Shown in pieces: positions 25,401 through 38,391 of a DNA stretch of 64,000 nucleotides (the first letter of the stretch is position 1; every line of letters starts with the position of its first letter). The stretch is taken from NCBI RefSeq assembly GCF_018350175.1, contig NC_058368.1, positions 11,842,001 through 11,906,000 of the forward strand. The letters are read 5' to 3'. The position numbers and the translations under genes are program-made. The DNA comes from Felis catus (Eukaryota). The notes below the pieces were generated by a model. It was not told the DNA's origin, searched no databases, and was given only the letters and a program-made list of their open reading frames with translations.

Positions 25401-25545
25401 TCTTTATTGTTTATTTCTGCTCTATATTATTTCCTTTTTTTTTGCTGGGTTTAGGTTTTGTTGTTTTTCTAGCTCTTATGTAAGGTTAGCTTATTTATTT
25501 TAGATTTTTCTTGCATCTTGAGATAGGCCAGTATCACTATAAACT
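22145..25545 (-). mobile_element. 5'-truncated carnivore L1 (most of ORF2 plus 3' UTR), decayed, with internal (TG)n at ~22418-22463
   Basis: Minus-strand ORF2 fragments ([31 protein letters not shown]...LPKL). Candidate TSD gtgcattttaatt (22132-22144) / gtacattttaatt (25546-25558). Confidence 0.93.
23791..24002 (-). mobile_element. Can-SINE nested in L1 ORF2
   Basis: Flanked by cagtgttt on both sides; L1 sequence resumes afterwards. Confidence 0.92.
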
Positions 25546-26348
25546 GTACATTTTAATTTTTGTAGTTGACTAAAAGACAGCTCTGAAAAAATCTAGGAGT
25601 CTCAGTACTTTTTATGCACATTTTCAACCATTTCTCATTTCACAGCATTCTTTATCTGTGCCTTTCTCATTCCTTGGTGCCTTGAATTTCTCAGTGTTTC
25701 CACGGTTCTTCTACCCTGGAAATAAGCTTATTTATTAATCTCTTTCCTTTTTGGATTTCAACTTTTTCTTTTGTTTAGAAGTCATACATCTGTCACAATT
25801 TTGTTGAAAAATCTCTTTTGCTGTGATCTTTTGTACTTGTCTCTTTTAAAAGATGTTTTCGTAGGGTTTCAGGAGTGAGCTAAGATTAATGTATGTTAGA
25901 CACTCACGTTTATCTTTATTTACAGTGTGTTTGATATTCATCGTTGTGCCTTCAGCTACATTTTGAGGGACATGGCCATATTGTGAAGAAGAAATTCTCA
26001 GCTGCTTTGTCATGCTGAGAATTTCTTCTTTCTCCTTTGTGTTCTCTTCCTCTGCACAGTTAAGATCTGTAATTTAATAGCTCTTGTATATACCCTGCTT
26101 AATATGAAAAATTTGTTTTAGGGAAATTGGGACACATCTTAAAATTGATGGTGTTGTCATTGGTTTTGTTTTAGTGACACCTAAAGTGGTATGTGTTGGC
26201 CTTGAAACAAGTACTGTGAAAGCTAAAACTCCTGTGTTTATCTTGGTGGGGAGGTGAACTTGATCTATTTTACATACTTCATTTGAAATCAATACTAAAA
26301 GCAGTTTTTTTATTGAGTTAGGTAAATAAATTTCTGTTTCTTCAGAAG

Positions 26349-26547
26349 TTTTTATTTTTGTTTTTAATGTTCACTTTTTTTATTTTTGAGAGAGAGTGTG
26401 AGAGGGGGAGGGGCAGAGAGACGGGGGACAGATGATCTGAATTGCGCTCTGAGCTGACAGCATCAGGCCCCGTGTGGGGCTCCAACTCATGAACCATAAG
26501 ATCACAACCTGAGCCGAAGTTGGATGCTTAATCACCTGGGCGCCCCT

Positions 26548-26586
<39 letters not shown>

Positions 26587-26604
26587 TCTATTTATTTATT
26601 TATT
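26349..26604 (-). mobile_element. Can-SINE (26349-26546) followed by (TTTA)n
   Basis: gagccgaagttggatgctt...gggcgcccc, then TTTA repeats. Confidence 0.88.
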
Positions 26605-27544
26605 TTTAAGCAACGTATTGTCTTTCTCATTTTTGGAAATAGTTCCTTTTAGGGAATGCTTAAGGTGAAATTGCTTAAGACCAGGGTAGTGGTTTTATAG
26701 GTGTTTGCAGTGTAATTATTTGCTAAACTATCAATTTATAGGGAAGTAAATCCATTTATAGTCATAAGCACTATTTGCTGCGTATAGCCATGGCTATGTG
26801 TATTACTCCAAATCCAAGCAATGAAATTTTAGCTTGCTGGTCTTATAAGAAAAAGCTGAATAATGTTTGGGGTTTTTTGCTCAGTTGTAGTATCTCTTTC
26901 TTAAGCCTCATGTAGCATTACTGAAGAGTGTTAATTTTTTCTTTCAGCTTTCTCAGTGCCAGATCTGAACTGCAATGTTTTTGACTTCTAAGATCTTCCT
27001 CCAGCCACTCCTAATTGTTAAATGTTTAATTTCTTCTGTGTTCCTTTTGGCTTTTCTTAGTTCAGTCAGATGAACTTGCCTTGTGATATTTCCTATAATC
27101 CTGTTTCTTGGTGGCTGGTATCTTAATTTTGTTCTTTTAGAAACCTTAGGTTTTCCATAGTTAAGGGATAGAAATGTGAATACTCTAGCCTTTTCCTAGT
27201 AGGTCCATTTGACTTGAATATTTTAAACATTGAAACAAAAAACAAGTGAGATATTTAAAGTTATTATACTTCTTACTTCATTTATATGGTTTAGTTAATG
27301 AGGTTAGGAATTCCTTAATACACTACCCTGTTCCCCTGCTGCTCAACCCTACTTGGTTGCATGTAAACTACTCTATTTTGACTGAAGGACTGACCTTCAT
27401 TTCTACTCCCCTCCCTCCACTACTCTTAATTTTCTTGAAACATTGAACCCTCTACTTAGGTTTTGCTTTTGTTGTTTTATACAACTTTTAAAAATATTTT
27501 AATTGTTAAAGTTCCATTTTAATCAATAAAATTTTATCTTTCAG

Positions 27545-27690
27545 AGTATCTTAAAGTGAGGTCACATGACCCTGAGGAAGCTATTAGACATGATGTTATC
27601 GTGTCTATAGTTACAGCTGCTAAAAAGGATATTCTTCTGGTCAACGATCACTTACTTAACTTTGTGAGAGAAAGAACGTTAGACAAACGG
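27545..27690 (+). CDS. PDS5B: PDS5B coding exon (~11), [11 protein letters not shown]...RERTLDKR
   Basis: ctttcag acceptor, gtgagt donor, 146 nt, phase 1/0. Confidence 0.96.
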
Positions 27691-29541
27691 GTGAGTAGGA
27701 ATAATAATTCGTAGTAGGCTTTCACTTTGAATACTTGAAGTTTAATAGTATTTCATTTGAAAATACAGACATTTAAATGTAATTAATTAACCCTTTTTGA
27801 GGGGGTCATTTTAATATTTATGAGGTTTTATTTTTTGTTACATTAAATTTTGTTAGTTTAAGTTGAGATTATTTATTCTCATTCTAAAAGTGAGATGGCT
27901 CTAAATGGTAGTCAGGTGTTTAGCCTGGACACTAGTTTTAATCAGTGACTTGTAAAGGGCCTTAATAACTGACACAGCTTTCTTATATTGTTGGCTCTCT
28001 TTTCTTTTTCCTTTCCTATCGGTATCAGTTAATAGTTCTTTAGCTGGTGGTATTATCATTTCTGTGGAATAGAAAATAACACGTTTTCAACTTGGTAAAG
28101 CTATACCTAGTAGAGCAGCATGCTTCTAGCTTATCTTCTGTGATCCTAAACCCTTTCTTCTTGAGTGAGCACCTACTAGCTCCACTCAGCAATCATTGGC
28201 TTCTTTAGGTAAATACTTTACATCATTTTAATAGTCGCTGATATGGTTGATTTTGCCATCTTCACTTAATAATGCTCACTTTGATAATGCTGGTTGTGGG
28301 TGAAGTACAGATGGTCAGGAATTGCATGGTTTTCCCTCCAAATCTATAGATATTTGGAACAACTTATTTTAACTAATAAATTTAGACTTTTCTTTATTGA
28401 ATATTTCATAGGGGTATTAATGAAAAGGCCAAAAGGTGTAAAGAAGGAAAAGGAGATTTGCATCATGGTAGGCTAACTGCCTTCTAAGTATTCAAGTAGT
28501 CTTTCTCTTAGTTAGACTTGGAATTTAAACTAAGTGTCTTTGTGTTGTTGGGATCACATATATGCACATAATTTTTGATAATCATGTTGTATTCATTGTA
28601 GGGCTACTTGGTTCAGTCATATAAATATTAATTGGATACCAAAAAGTAATTGAATATATTTATGTTCTTGGTAGTATTAGAATATACTCTGTCTTTTAAA
28701 TTCTCCTTAAAGCAGCAGTTTGGGGCATTAGAGTTAAGATAGAGAATTAGGAAGTTTCTACAGATAAATTGAATTCCCACTTTATGAGTAAGTCTTTTGA
28801 TGTATATTGGTGGATGGATGAGATAAACCAAGGGAAGAATATCACTATGAATGACAGACTGCAAAGGAGAAAAAATGGATGATCTGATCTGTGCAGTTTC
28901 ATGAAGTTCTAAACATTACTGACATCCTGATTGTAGTGCTGTGTTTGTGTAAAATTAAAGGATAAACTCATTCCAAGATAAGCAGTATTAGATATACTAT
29001 AGCAAATAAATACTTAAAAAAATAGTTGAATACATTCCTTTTACACCTGAACTTGATTCTCAAATACACAAAATGAACCAAGTGGCTTCATATTTAGCAT
29101 TTGATAAAACCAGCATCATGTACCTTTAATTGAAGTATGATTAATATATACCATAAACTGGAAAAAGTGTATAAGGGATAGGTCACAATTCATTCAGTCT
29201 TTGCCTTTTAAAATTTGGTAACACGTTTTCTCTCACCAATTGTAAGTGACTTTATGTAGATTGTGATTAACTTTTATTTTTTAGGTGTAGGCAATGGGTT
29301 TAAGATATTAAAACATTAAAATTCTTTATACATGTTGATATCTCTGTACTTTTCATAGTAAATATATTAAAATGATAGTTGTGTTTTTTTCATAGTCATT
29401 ATAAATCGGTATCCAGTATCTGAGGATTGAGGAAAATGTACTGTGTAAAGTAACTAACTTAAAAATAAGAAAACAGACTTTCCTGAAGTATAATGGGAGC
29501 ATTTTTAAATTATAAGAAAACATTTTTGTTTTTACTTTAAG

Positions 29542-29693
29542 TGGAGGGTACGCAAAGAAGCCATGATGGGACTTGCCCAAATTTATAAGAAGTATGCTTT
29601 ACAATCAGCAGCTGGAAAAGATGCTGCAAAACAGATTTCATGGATCAAAGACAAACTGCTACATATATATTATCAAAATAGTATTGATGATCG
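29542..29693 (+). CDS. PDS5B: PDS5B coding exon (~12), [10 protein letters not shown]...YYQNSIDD(R)
   Basis: tactttaag acceptor, gtaagt donor, 152 nt, phase 0/2. Confidence 0.96.
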
Positions 29694-30067
29694 GTAAGTT
29701 AACGACACTGGGTAAAATATCTGGTGTTTGTGTTGTATTTAACTGTTGTTGAAACGCTGTTTAAGGCAAACTGTTTTCTTTATAACTTGAAACTCTCTTC
29801 TCAGTTTTTACTGCAAATTAAAGATAGTGACTAGTTTTCCTCCCACCAAAGCCATAAATGAAGCAGTAAGGTACATATGACTTTAGGGATGGATACAGCT
29901 TTTATGTTCATTTTTGTATACTGTTTTTGAAGAGTAATACTTAAAAGTAGAAATGTGTGTAATTTAAATTTTATTTCATAAGTAATTTTTCAAATAACAT
30001 TTTTTTCAAATAAATGAAAATAAACCCTTTGGATTATAGATAGTTTTAATAAAAAGTTTGTACTCAA

Positions 30068-30273
30068 GGGGCGCCTGGGTGGCACAGTCGGTTAAGCGTC
30101 CGACTTCAGCCAGGTCACGATCTCGCGGTCCGTGAGTTTGAGCCCCGCGTCAGGCTCTGGGCTGATGGCTCGGAGCCTGGAGCCTGTTTCCGCTTCTGTG
30201 TCTCCCTCTCTCTCTGCCCCTCCCCCGTTCATGCTCTGTCTCTGTCCCAAAAATAAAAAAAATAAAAAAAATA
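30068..30273 (+). mobile_element. Young felid Can-SINE
   Basis: CpG-rich; perfect 17-bp TSD aaaaagtttgtactcaa (30051-30067, 30274-30290). Confidence 0.96.
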
Positions 30274-31123
30274 AAAAAGTTTGTACTCAAGCCTAAAAAG
30301 ACAGGTTATAATTTAATATGAAACACATTATCTGAATATAATCTTTGTATTTTTCTATTGCAGCATAAAGTTAGATCTTGTTTGGATCCTAAGCATTTAG
30401 TAGTTAATAGATCTGTGATTCCTGCTTGCAGTCTGAATTGATTTCACTTGATTGAATTTATTTTAAATTGCTAGATCCAGATGGTAGTGCCTATAACAGA
30501 TCAGAATGAGAAAAATAAGAACCAGTGGGCCATCTTACAATTTTATGAGTTATAGGAACTAGAAACTGGGTGTCTTATGTTAACATTATCAAAGAAACTT
30601 CGTAGTTATTATTTTTATAAAGTTGAAGTTTTTAGACGTTTTGAGTGTGCAGCATCATTGTCTGGAGATTTGCATTATTATGAGTTGCTGGTTCTTTTTT
30701 TTTTGTACTTTTAACCAGGCCTTTTTTTCATGATGATTACTGCAAAAACTCAGAAGAAGAATCTTAACAATTTCTTTATAATTTTAACTTAGAGGTGCTT
30801 AGAATTTGCCACTTGGAAGGACATGGTGTTTTTTTTTTTTTTAACGTTTTATTATTCAGATAAGGAAATTGAATCCCTGCTACACATTCACTGTCATGCA
30901 GAGGTAGTTATCTTAGCTGGGTATAGGGATGTTGCTAGCACATCCAGCTAAATCATTTTTTGGCCCCTCTTCTTACAGAAGGAAATCTTTGATTTGGAAA
31001 TCTCATCTTCATTTTGAAAGCAGAAACTTCTTTTACACATATTCTTTATATGTTTTGGAATTTTATATACAAATTCAATACATTAAGAAAAGTCATTACA
31101 GTACCTTCTCTTTGTTTTTGTAG

Positions 31124-31237
31124 ATTGCTTGTTGAACGGATCTTTGCTCAATACATGGTTCCCCACAATTTGGAAACTACAGAACGGATGAAATGCTTAT
31201 ATTACTTATATGCCACACTGGATTTAAATGCTGTGAA
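31124..31237 (+). CDS. PDS5B: PDS5B coding exon (~13), [10 protein letters not shown]...TLDLNAV(K)
   Basis: ttttgtag acceptor, gtatgt donor, 114 nt, phase 2/2, within ORF 31014-31319. Confidence 0.96.
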
Positions 31238-32124
31238 GTATGTTTCAAATGTCAAATTTTGTTCTTATCCTCTTTTGCAATGTATTTTATGGGGGAAAAA
31301 ATCGCAACTGTATTTTTAAATGTTAACAATTTATGTAATAAAAATACTGTTTAGTCAGACACAATAAAATATTTGGTTCTCTTTTCAGAAGGTACTGCTG
31401 TCAATATGAGGTTAACAAGGATTTTTGTAAGCAATTTAAAAATAGAGCTGACTGGCATGGAATCTTTCAGGATTTGATTCCCACCACCCCCCTCACACCC
31501 CCCACCCCCCACCCAGACATTTATATTGTTGTTTCAAGAAGGATGGATGTACCTTTTTTATTTTTTTCCTCAAGGCATTAAGAAGGTCCATACTGAGAAA
31601 ATCCTACTACCTTATTTTGACCTGATACTAATTTGAATTTTGCAGTGGGGCAGTAGGGAACATATTTTTGTGCTGCATAGCCTCAACGTAGTGTTATAGT
31701 TCGGCATAAGGGTAAGCACAAATACATTTTTATGACCTTTTTCATTCAGAAAATACTTTGGAGTGCCTTTGTAGGGAGTTGAAATTTTGGACATGGAAGA
31801 GACATTGCTAATTGAATCACACTGAGGGTTAGGAAATTGAGGCCTTGAGATTGATTTGCTTGAGGCTTTAGAAAATGTAGATCTTTTGCATTCCAGCAAA
31901 TGTAGTTACAAGTATAGGGGATTAAATGTTTAGAAATTGGAAGTCTAAGGAGCTGTATAAATTTTCACTTTTACCTCTGCTTAATGGGGCTTTTGACTTC
32001 ATTTCCTCCATGGAAATTATTATATGTGCTATTTATATCTTTCATAGAAACGTTGAGGAAAAGGTTGTAGACGGAAATTTAATTTCTTACTACCTCCTGT
32101 ATTTCAGGCAGAAGAGTATTATCA

Positions 32125-32246
32125 GTGTCTGTTTTTGTGCTATAACAGCAGAATTGAGTAGTTTCAACATAGATTGGCCCACAAAGCTTAAATATTAAAT
32201 AAAATATTTATTATCTGGCCTTCTGTAGAAAAGCTTGCCAGCGCCT
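32125..32246. mobile_element. MER58-like hAT-Charlie fragment
   Basis: gcagaattgagtagtttc...tggcccacaaagc...tatctggccttctgtagaaaagcttgcc resembles the MER58 terminus. Confidence 0.7.
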
Positions 32247-32267
32247 CATGTAAATGATATTTTTCCT

Positions 32268-32398
32268 GTTTTTCACATGAGGAACTGAATCCCAGAGAGG
32301 TCAGTTAACTTGCACAAAATCACACAAGTGGTAAGAGTCAAAGTCAGGATTTGAACTCTGTTCTGCCTGGTTCCAAAGTTCATTCTTTTTCCACTGCA
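32268..32398 (-). mobile_element. MIR fragment
   Basis: atgaggaactga...cagagagg...aacttgcacaaaatcacaca...ggatttgaactc. Confidence 0.75.
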
Positions 32399-32871
32399 TA
32401 CAGTCAAATATTTACTATCATATTTTGTTGATTTTGAAACCTAAAGTTGTCATATGCTAACATTTTTAGACTCAGAGTTTATCCTCTTCTTCATGGTGCA
32501 ATTGAAGGTTTCTTTGAATGAATGAATGACATAAGCTATGTATCTTATATCCTATTTGAAACAACCTATGGAAATCGCAGTCTGGACTTCTTGACTCAGC
32601 TCACCTGTCATTCATGAGTAAAAATGAAAACACTTTCAAACAAAAAATGAGAGTTCTCCACTCATAGATCCAACATGAAATTACTAAAGAATAATAATTT
32701 CTTTTGGTAAAAAGGACATTAAATCTAGAAGGAAGGATTAGGATGTAAGAAGCAACAAAATATTCAAACACTTGTGCAGATCTAAATAATGCCTATAAAT
32801 TAGTCATAATAATAATAACAAAGTTTTCTTGACAAGGGAAGGAGGTGTAGATTGAAGAGTAAGTTGGCATC

Positions 32872-33326
32872 AGGGTGTCTGTGTTGCTTAGTCGGTTAAG
32901 TGTCCAGCTTCAGCTCACGTCGTGACCTCGTGGTTCCTGAGTTTGAGCCCTGCATTGGGCTCTCTGCTGTCAGCACAGAGCCTGCTTCAGATCCTCTGTC
33001 CCCCTCTGTCTCTGCCTCTCCCCTGCTTGCACTGTCTCTCAAAAAAAGGTAAACATTAAAAGAAAAAAACAGGGGCGCCTGGGTGGCGCAGTCGGTTAAG
33101 CGTCCAACTTCAGCCAGGTCACGATCTCGCGGTCTGGGAGTTTGAGCCCCGCGTCAGGCTCTGGGCTGATGGCTCTGAGCCTGGAGCCTGTTTCCGATTC
33201 TGTGTCTCCCTCTCTCTCTGCCCCTCCCCCGTTCATGCTCTGTCTCTCTCTGTCCCAAAAATAAATAAACATTGGAAAAAATAAAAGAAAAAAAAATAAA
33301 AGAAAAAAACAAAAAAAACTTTAAAA
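32872..33326 (+). mobile_element. Nested Can-SINEs: a young copy (33072-33296) inside the A-tail of an older copy
   Basis: Outer TSD agtaagttggcatc / agtaagttagcatc; inner TSD taaaagaaaaaaaca twice. Confidence 0.94.
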
Positions 33327-33855
33327 AGTAAGTTAGCATCTAGGCTGATATTTAGCCAGCACACACTTCTTGAACAGCATGTCAGCTCTCTCAAGAGTCC
33401 CCGGGATCCTCCCTCCGCCTGACTCTCCGCTGTGCCTGGGCACAGCAGAAGGACTGCCTGCTGTTCTGATTGGTTGGTCCTGTGCGTTTGTAAAAAATTT
33501 TGAATACTAGGTGGACACTATCCGATAACAGCATGTAGGATGGTAGATAAAATGTTCTACAGTTCTTTTATCACAGAAGAAGGAGGACAGACATGTTGAT
33601 TAATTAAGCTGTGAATTAAGTGTGCAAATTAAAAATTTGAGTTGCCCTAAAAGAATAGAATTAGAACGTATGGGTTCCAAACCCAGAAGGAGCGAGACGG
33701 AACTAGTGAAAACTTTAATATGAGAAATGTAAAAAATTAAGAAAAATAATTGTAAATAGAAAACACTAAATAGCAGTTATAAAGCTATATGTATCCAATA
33801 TTATTTGTCACTTAAATAACAACAATGGTTGATTGAATTAAAAAGTAAAAATGCT

Positions 33856-34031
33856 GGAGCACCTGGGTGGATCTCAAGGTTTGTGATTTCGAGCCCAGCA
33901 TCAGGTTCTGTGCTGTCAGTGGTCGATGGAGCCCACTTTGTATCCTCTGCCTCCCTTTCTCTGCCCCTCCCCCGGTTGCTGTCTTGCACACATTCTCACT
34001 CACTTTCTCTCAAAAATAAACATTTTTTTTT
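33856..34031 (+). mobile_element. Can-SINE with an internal deletion in the head
   Basis: gcacctgggtgg joined to atctcaagg; TSD aaaaagtaaaaatgc / aaaaagtaaatctgc. Confidence 0.85.
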
Positions 34032-34179
34032 AAAAAGTAAATCTGCCAATCATAAAAGATACACTGAAAAATAATGCCATGGCAAAGTCTAAAGTAAATT
34101 CCAGTGTGTGGACCAATTGATTCTACAAAAATGGTGAGTGAATAGTTAAGTATTTTAACTTAAAACAGATATTTGTAAT

Positions 34180-34380
34180 ATTTTTATTTTTTAAAAAAAG
34201 TTTATTTTAAAGACAGCGAGCAGGGGAGGTGCAGAGGGAGGAAGAGAGAGAGAATCCCAAGCAGGCTCCATACTGTTAGTGCAGAGCCCAACAAGGGGGC
34301 TTAAACCCATGACTCATGAGATCATGACCTGAGTTGAAACCAAGAGATGGACACTTAGCCGACTGAGCCATCCAGGTGCC
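34180..34380 (-). mobile_element. Can-SINE
   Basis: gaatcccaagcaggctcc...gagccatccaggtgcc. Confidence 0.9.
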
Positions 34381-34691
34381 TTTATAATACTTTTAACATA
34401 ATTTTTTATTTTAACCAACATTTTGGAATTAACTAACTGTAAATCAAATACTTAACATTTTGTAACTTCTACTTTGCATTTGTGATTTCTCCAAAAGTCA
34501 TTACATTTATTGTTATGAAATATTTAATGCACACTAAGAAATTGCATATGAGTTTCAAAACATAGTAATAAATATATCTGTGAATCCACATCCATCTTGT
34601 GAACTCTTCTGTTTTTCGTCCTCCTGTCTTTCACCTAAGGATACTACTAGCCTTAATTATGTATTTTTCATTTCTTTTTAAAAAATAGTCT

Positions 34692-34899
34692 TATACATAT
34701 ATGTCTTACACACATATGTCTCTTTCTATATGTCTATATATATGTCTCTGTCTCTGTATGTCTCTATATATATGTCTCCTTATGTCTCTATATATGTCTC
34801 TGTATATGTCTCTCTATGTATGTCTCTATGTCTCTATATGTTTATATATATGTATATATATCTATATGTGTCTATATATATGTATGTATGTATGTCTAT
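34692..34899. repeat. Degenerate TATGTCTC(TA)n low-complexity tandem array
   Basis: Repeated tatgtctct/tata units seen directly. Confidence 0.85.
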
Positions 34900-35157
34900 C
34901 CCTTAATAATATTACTTATTTTTGCCTGTTTTTGAACTTTACAAAAGTGGAACAATTGTGGATATAGTCTTCTCTAACTAACCCCCCCCCCCCCCCCATT
35001 TTATTGTGTTCCTAAGATTCATCCAAAATATGTATAGCTTGTTGGTCATTCAATTTCACTGTGGTATTGAATTACGTTATGTCATGATGTCATAATTTTA
35101 TTCTGTTATCTTGTCATTGGAAATTTGACTCCGTAGAAAGAATGGACATTTGTCTTT

Positions 35158-35192
<35 letters not shown>

Positions 35193-35267
35193 AATGCAGA
35201 TAGTACCATTATGAACAGTTTTCAATTGAGAATACACATGCATAGGTTTCTCTAAGGTATGGTTATA

Positions 35268-35443
35268 AATGGTTCTCAGATTTGGCTACATGTTGGAATT
35301 ACTTGAAGAAGGTTTAAACAATACGGACACCTAAATCTCACCTTCAGAGATGGTCATTTAATTTGAAGTGTAGTCTGGGCATTGGGGTTTTTAGAAAAGT
35401 GTTTCTGTAGATTTTAATGGGCAACCAAGGTTTGGAATCACTG
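35268..35443. mobile_element. MER5A-like DNA transposon relic
   Basis: tggttctcagatttggctacatgttggaattac ... ttttaatgggcaaccaaggtttggaatcactg. Confidence 0.7.
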
Positions 35444-36463
35444 ATGTATAGCTAGGAGTAGAATTGATGAGTATACACATTTTCAGTATTGTAAACTGGT
35501 GTCAGATTATTTTCCAATATGATTATACTAATTTGTATTCCCATCAGTGGCTTGTAATTTTTTGCATCTTCCTAAACATTATTAGCCATCTTATTTTTTG
35601 CACATCTTTTGAGTCTCAAATTTTATCTTTTTTTTTTTTTTTTTCATTTTCCTGAACAGTAATGATCATTTGCTGAAAGAGCCTATATTTTTTTCTATGA
35701 TCATGTTCTTCTGGGGAAGACAAAGTACTTAATATGTTTTAAATTTTTGATGTATATCAGTTTTGGGTAAGCCCCTAAGTTAACTAAATATCTTCACTAA
35801 TGAAAAAGAGAACAGAGGGAGGCTTGAGTGCTCTCTAATCCTGGTGTGTGTTGCCACCTCCCCCAAGTTTCCTAGAACAACTGTTAATAACAAAAGTTAG
35901 TGGTAGTTTCAGGTGTCCTGGTTGTGATCTCTTTGGTTAGGTTGGCTCTCCTCTCAACCCGTTTTTGTACGGCTTCATCTGGTGGGTAATTTGCCACCTG
36001 GGAGCAGAATGTTGGAAGGGAGGTTCTCTTCAATATTTGCACAGGTTTCTGACTGCAACCCAATGGTGGCTGTCTTTTTCTTTGAGTTAGTGCAAAACCC
36101 TAGGGAGGGGACTCGACAGATGACAACTGTAAGAAAATATATGCTTTAAGCAAATTTTTCACATTTATGTAGTGACAGAGCTGGAATTCAGGCTCATATG
36201 AAATGATACGAGTCTTTATAATAATGTTTCTACTATTTTTTTTTTCTTTTTAAGGACTGTTGAGAAGGGCAAACACAAGCATAAATTTGTCTTTGCTGCT
36301 TAAGATAATTTTATTAAAGTACTTCAGAGGATGGTTTCCCTAAAAATATATTACAATATAAATTCTTAGTGGTGGTCACTTTTTGATTTAAGCTATAGCC
36401 GTAATAGTTGAGAAGGAGATTTAGAATTACTTGAGATTTCATATTTAAAGTAACAAATAACAA

Positions 36464-36689
36464 GGGGCGCCTGGGTGGCGCAGTCGGTTAAGCGTCCGAC
36501 TTCAGCCAGGTCACGATCTCGCGGTCCGGAGTTCGAGCCCCGCGTCAGGCTCTGGGCTGATGGCTCGGAGCCTGGAGCCTGTTTCTGATTCTGTGTCTCC
36601 CTCTCTTTCTGGCCCTCCCCCGTTCATGCTCTGTCTCTCTCTGTCCCAAAAATAAATAAACGTTGAAAAAAAAAATAAAAAAAAAAAAA
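36464..36689 (+). mobile_element. Young felid Can-SINE
   Basis: CpG-rich; TSD taaagtaacaaataac (36446-36461, 36690-36705). Confidence 0.96.
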
Positions 36690-38391
36690 TAAAGTAACAA
36701 ATAACTATAATAGGTAAAATAGTTTCTGTTTTAGTTTAAGTGAAGACAGGTTACAAAATCTAGGCCTGTCAGAAGTTGTAAGTAATAATATAGTGTTAGC
36801 AAGTGAGAGACCATTCATTGACTTTGGAGTTCAGGAATAATTTCACAGATGACTGCTCTGTTTCTTTGAAAATTAACTCTTAGCTGTTAGACTTTTACAG
36901 CCCTCTGTATACTGGTCATTTTTCTTTTCATATTTACATTCTTAAAACATGCCAATTAAACTTTTAATTGAAATTTAATAACTTGAAAATAGTATAGTTA
37001 TTTTAAATTTAACTTCTAAGATACAATGTCCCCAGTACTGTTGGTTTGCCAGTACCATTTTGAGGTGATGACTGTAAAGGAATTTAAGTGTCCACATTTA
37101 AACTATTTTACTTCCATAAAGGTATCCAAAGGTATTCTTAAAACATAGTGTTAAGGAGGAGAATGAAAATTTTTAACAATCGTCTGTCAAAAGAGAAAGG
37201 GTGGTTTTATATGCTTTTTATGTACCGTATTTCTTTTTATGGCAATGCTTCATATGAATGATAATGGAGGGTAATAGATCTATAGAAAATTGGAAACAAA
37301 ATAATGGAAAGTATTTGGTTTTGGAAAATTCTTTTTTCATATATTAAAATATATGTGGTTTTGAATTCTGTAACGTAATATTTCAATAACATTAGCTGTT
37401 CTCTTAGGATTTATGCATATTTTCTTGAGTATGTGTATAGTTTCATTTTAGATTTAAGTTTCTGCCTGAAAACAATAAAAGTATTAAGAGGACATCAAAA
37501 ATTTTGCCATATAAAAATAGTATTCAAATAATATGTAAATACGTGTATGTATGTAATAATACATATTTATATAACAAACATATATAACATGTAAATACAT
37601 GTACATGAAATTATATAGTATACATATTTTTACTTATAATATATGGAATATGTTATAGTTGTATATAACATAAATACCTGGTTTATATAATTTGTATAAA
37701 CATGTTATTTAACTCTGTATACTTCATTCAGACTGTAAACCTCAGTGAGTCCTTAAAAATCTAAACACATAAATTGTACCTCTAAACTGTGAGAATTTGA
37801 GGATTAAATAAAACAAGTGAGAAATTGTCCTTTTTTAATTTACATCAGTTTGGTTACATATTTTAATCTTATTTAATGACTGTTTACTTATATATAGGTA
37901 TATAATATATATTTTATATAATACATAAACGTAATCTATAAAGTAACATTGTAAATATTTCTGTTGTAGGAAAAAGTATCCCTCGTTCTCTCAGTATTCA
38001 CTCTTTTCTGTCTTTGATTCCTTTTTATCCTGCCTACTGTAGGACCTTACTCCATCACGCATTCCTTTATTTCTAAAGGTTATAATCTCAGTAGGTAATT
38101 CTTCTATCCTAGTTTACAGACATGTTGTAGTTAATAATAGTTCTTCCCTATTTTTGTACAAACCAAAAAACAACCATTTTCTTTTAATACAAATATTGCT
38201 TCCAATGTTCGTGTCTTTTATGTAGGACTCTTCTTTCTCCCCATACATCATCAGTTGCTTAGTCCTGTGAAATTTACCTCGTCTCTCATTTTTTTGTTAA
38301 TATTTGAACTTGAAAAGCAATATATTTGGAATATTCCAGTAGGATTTTTATTCTGTTTTGTTATTTAAATTGATGTGTTTGTGTTTTTCAG

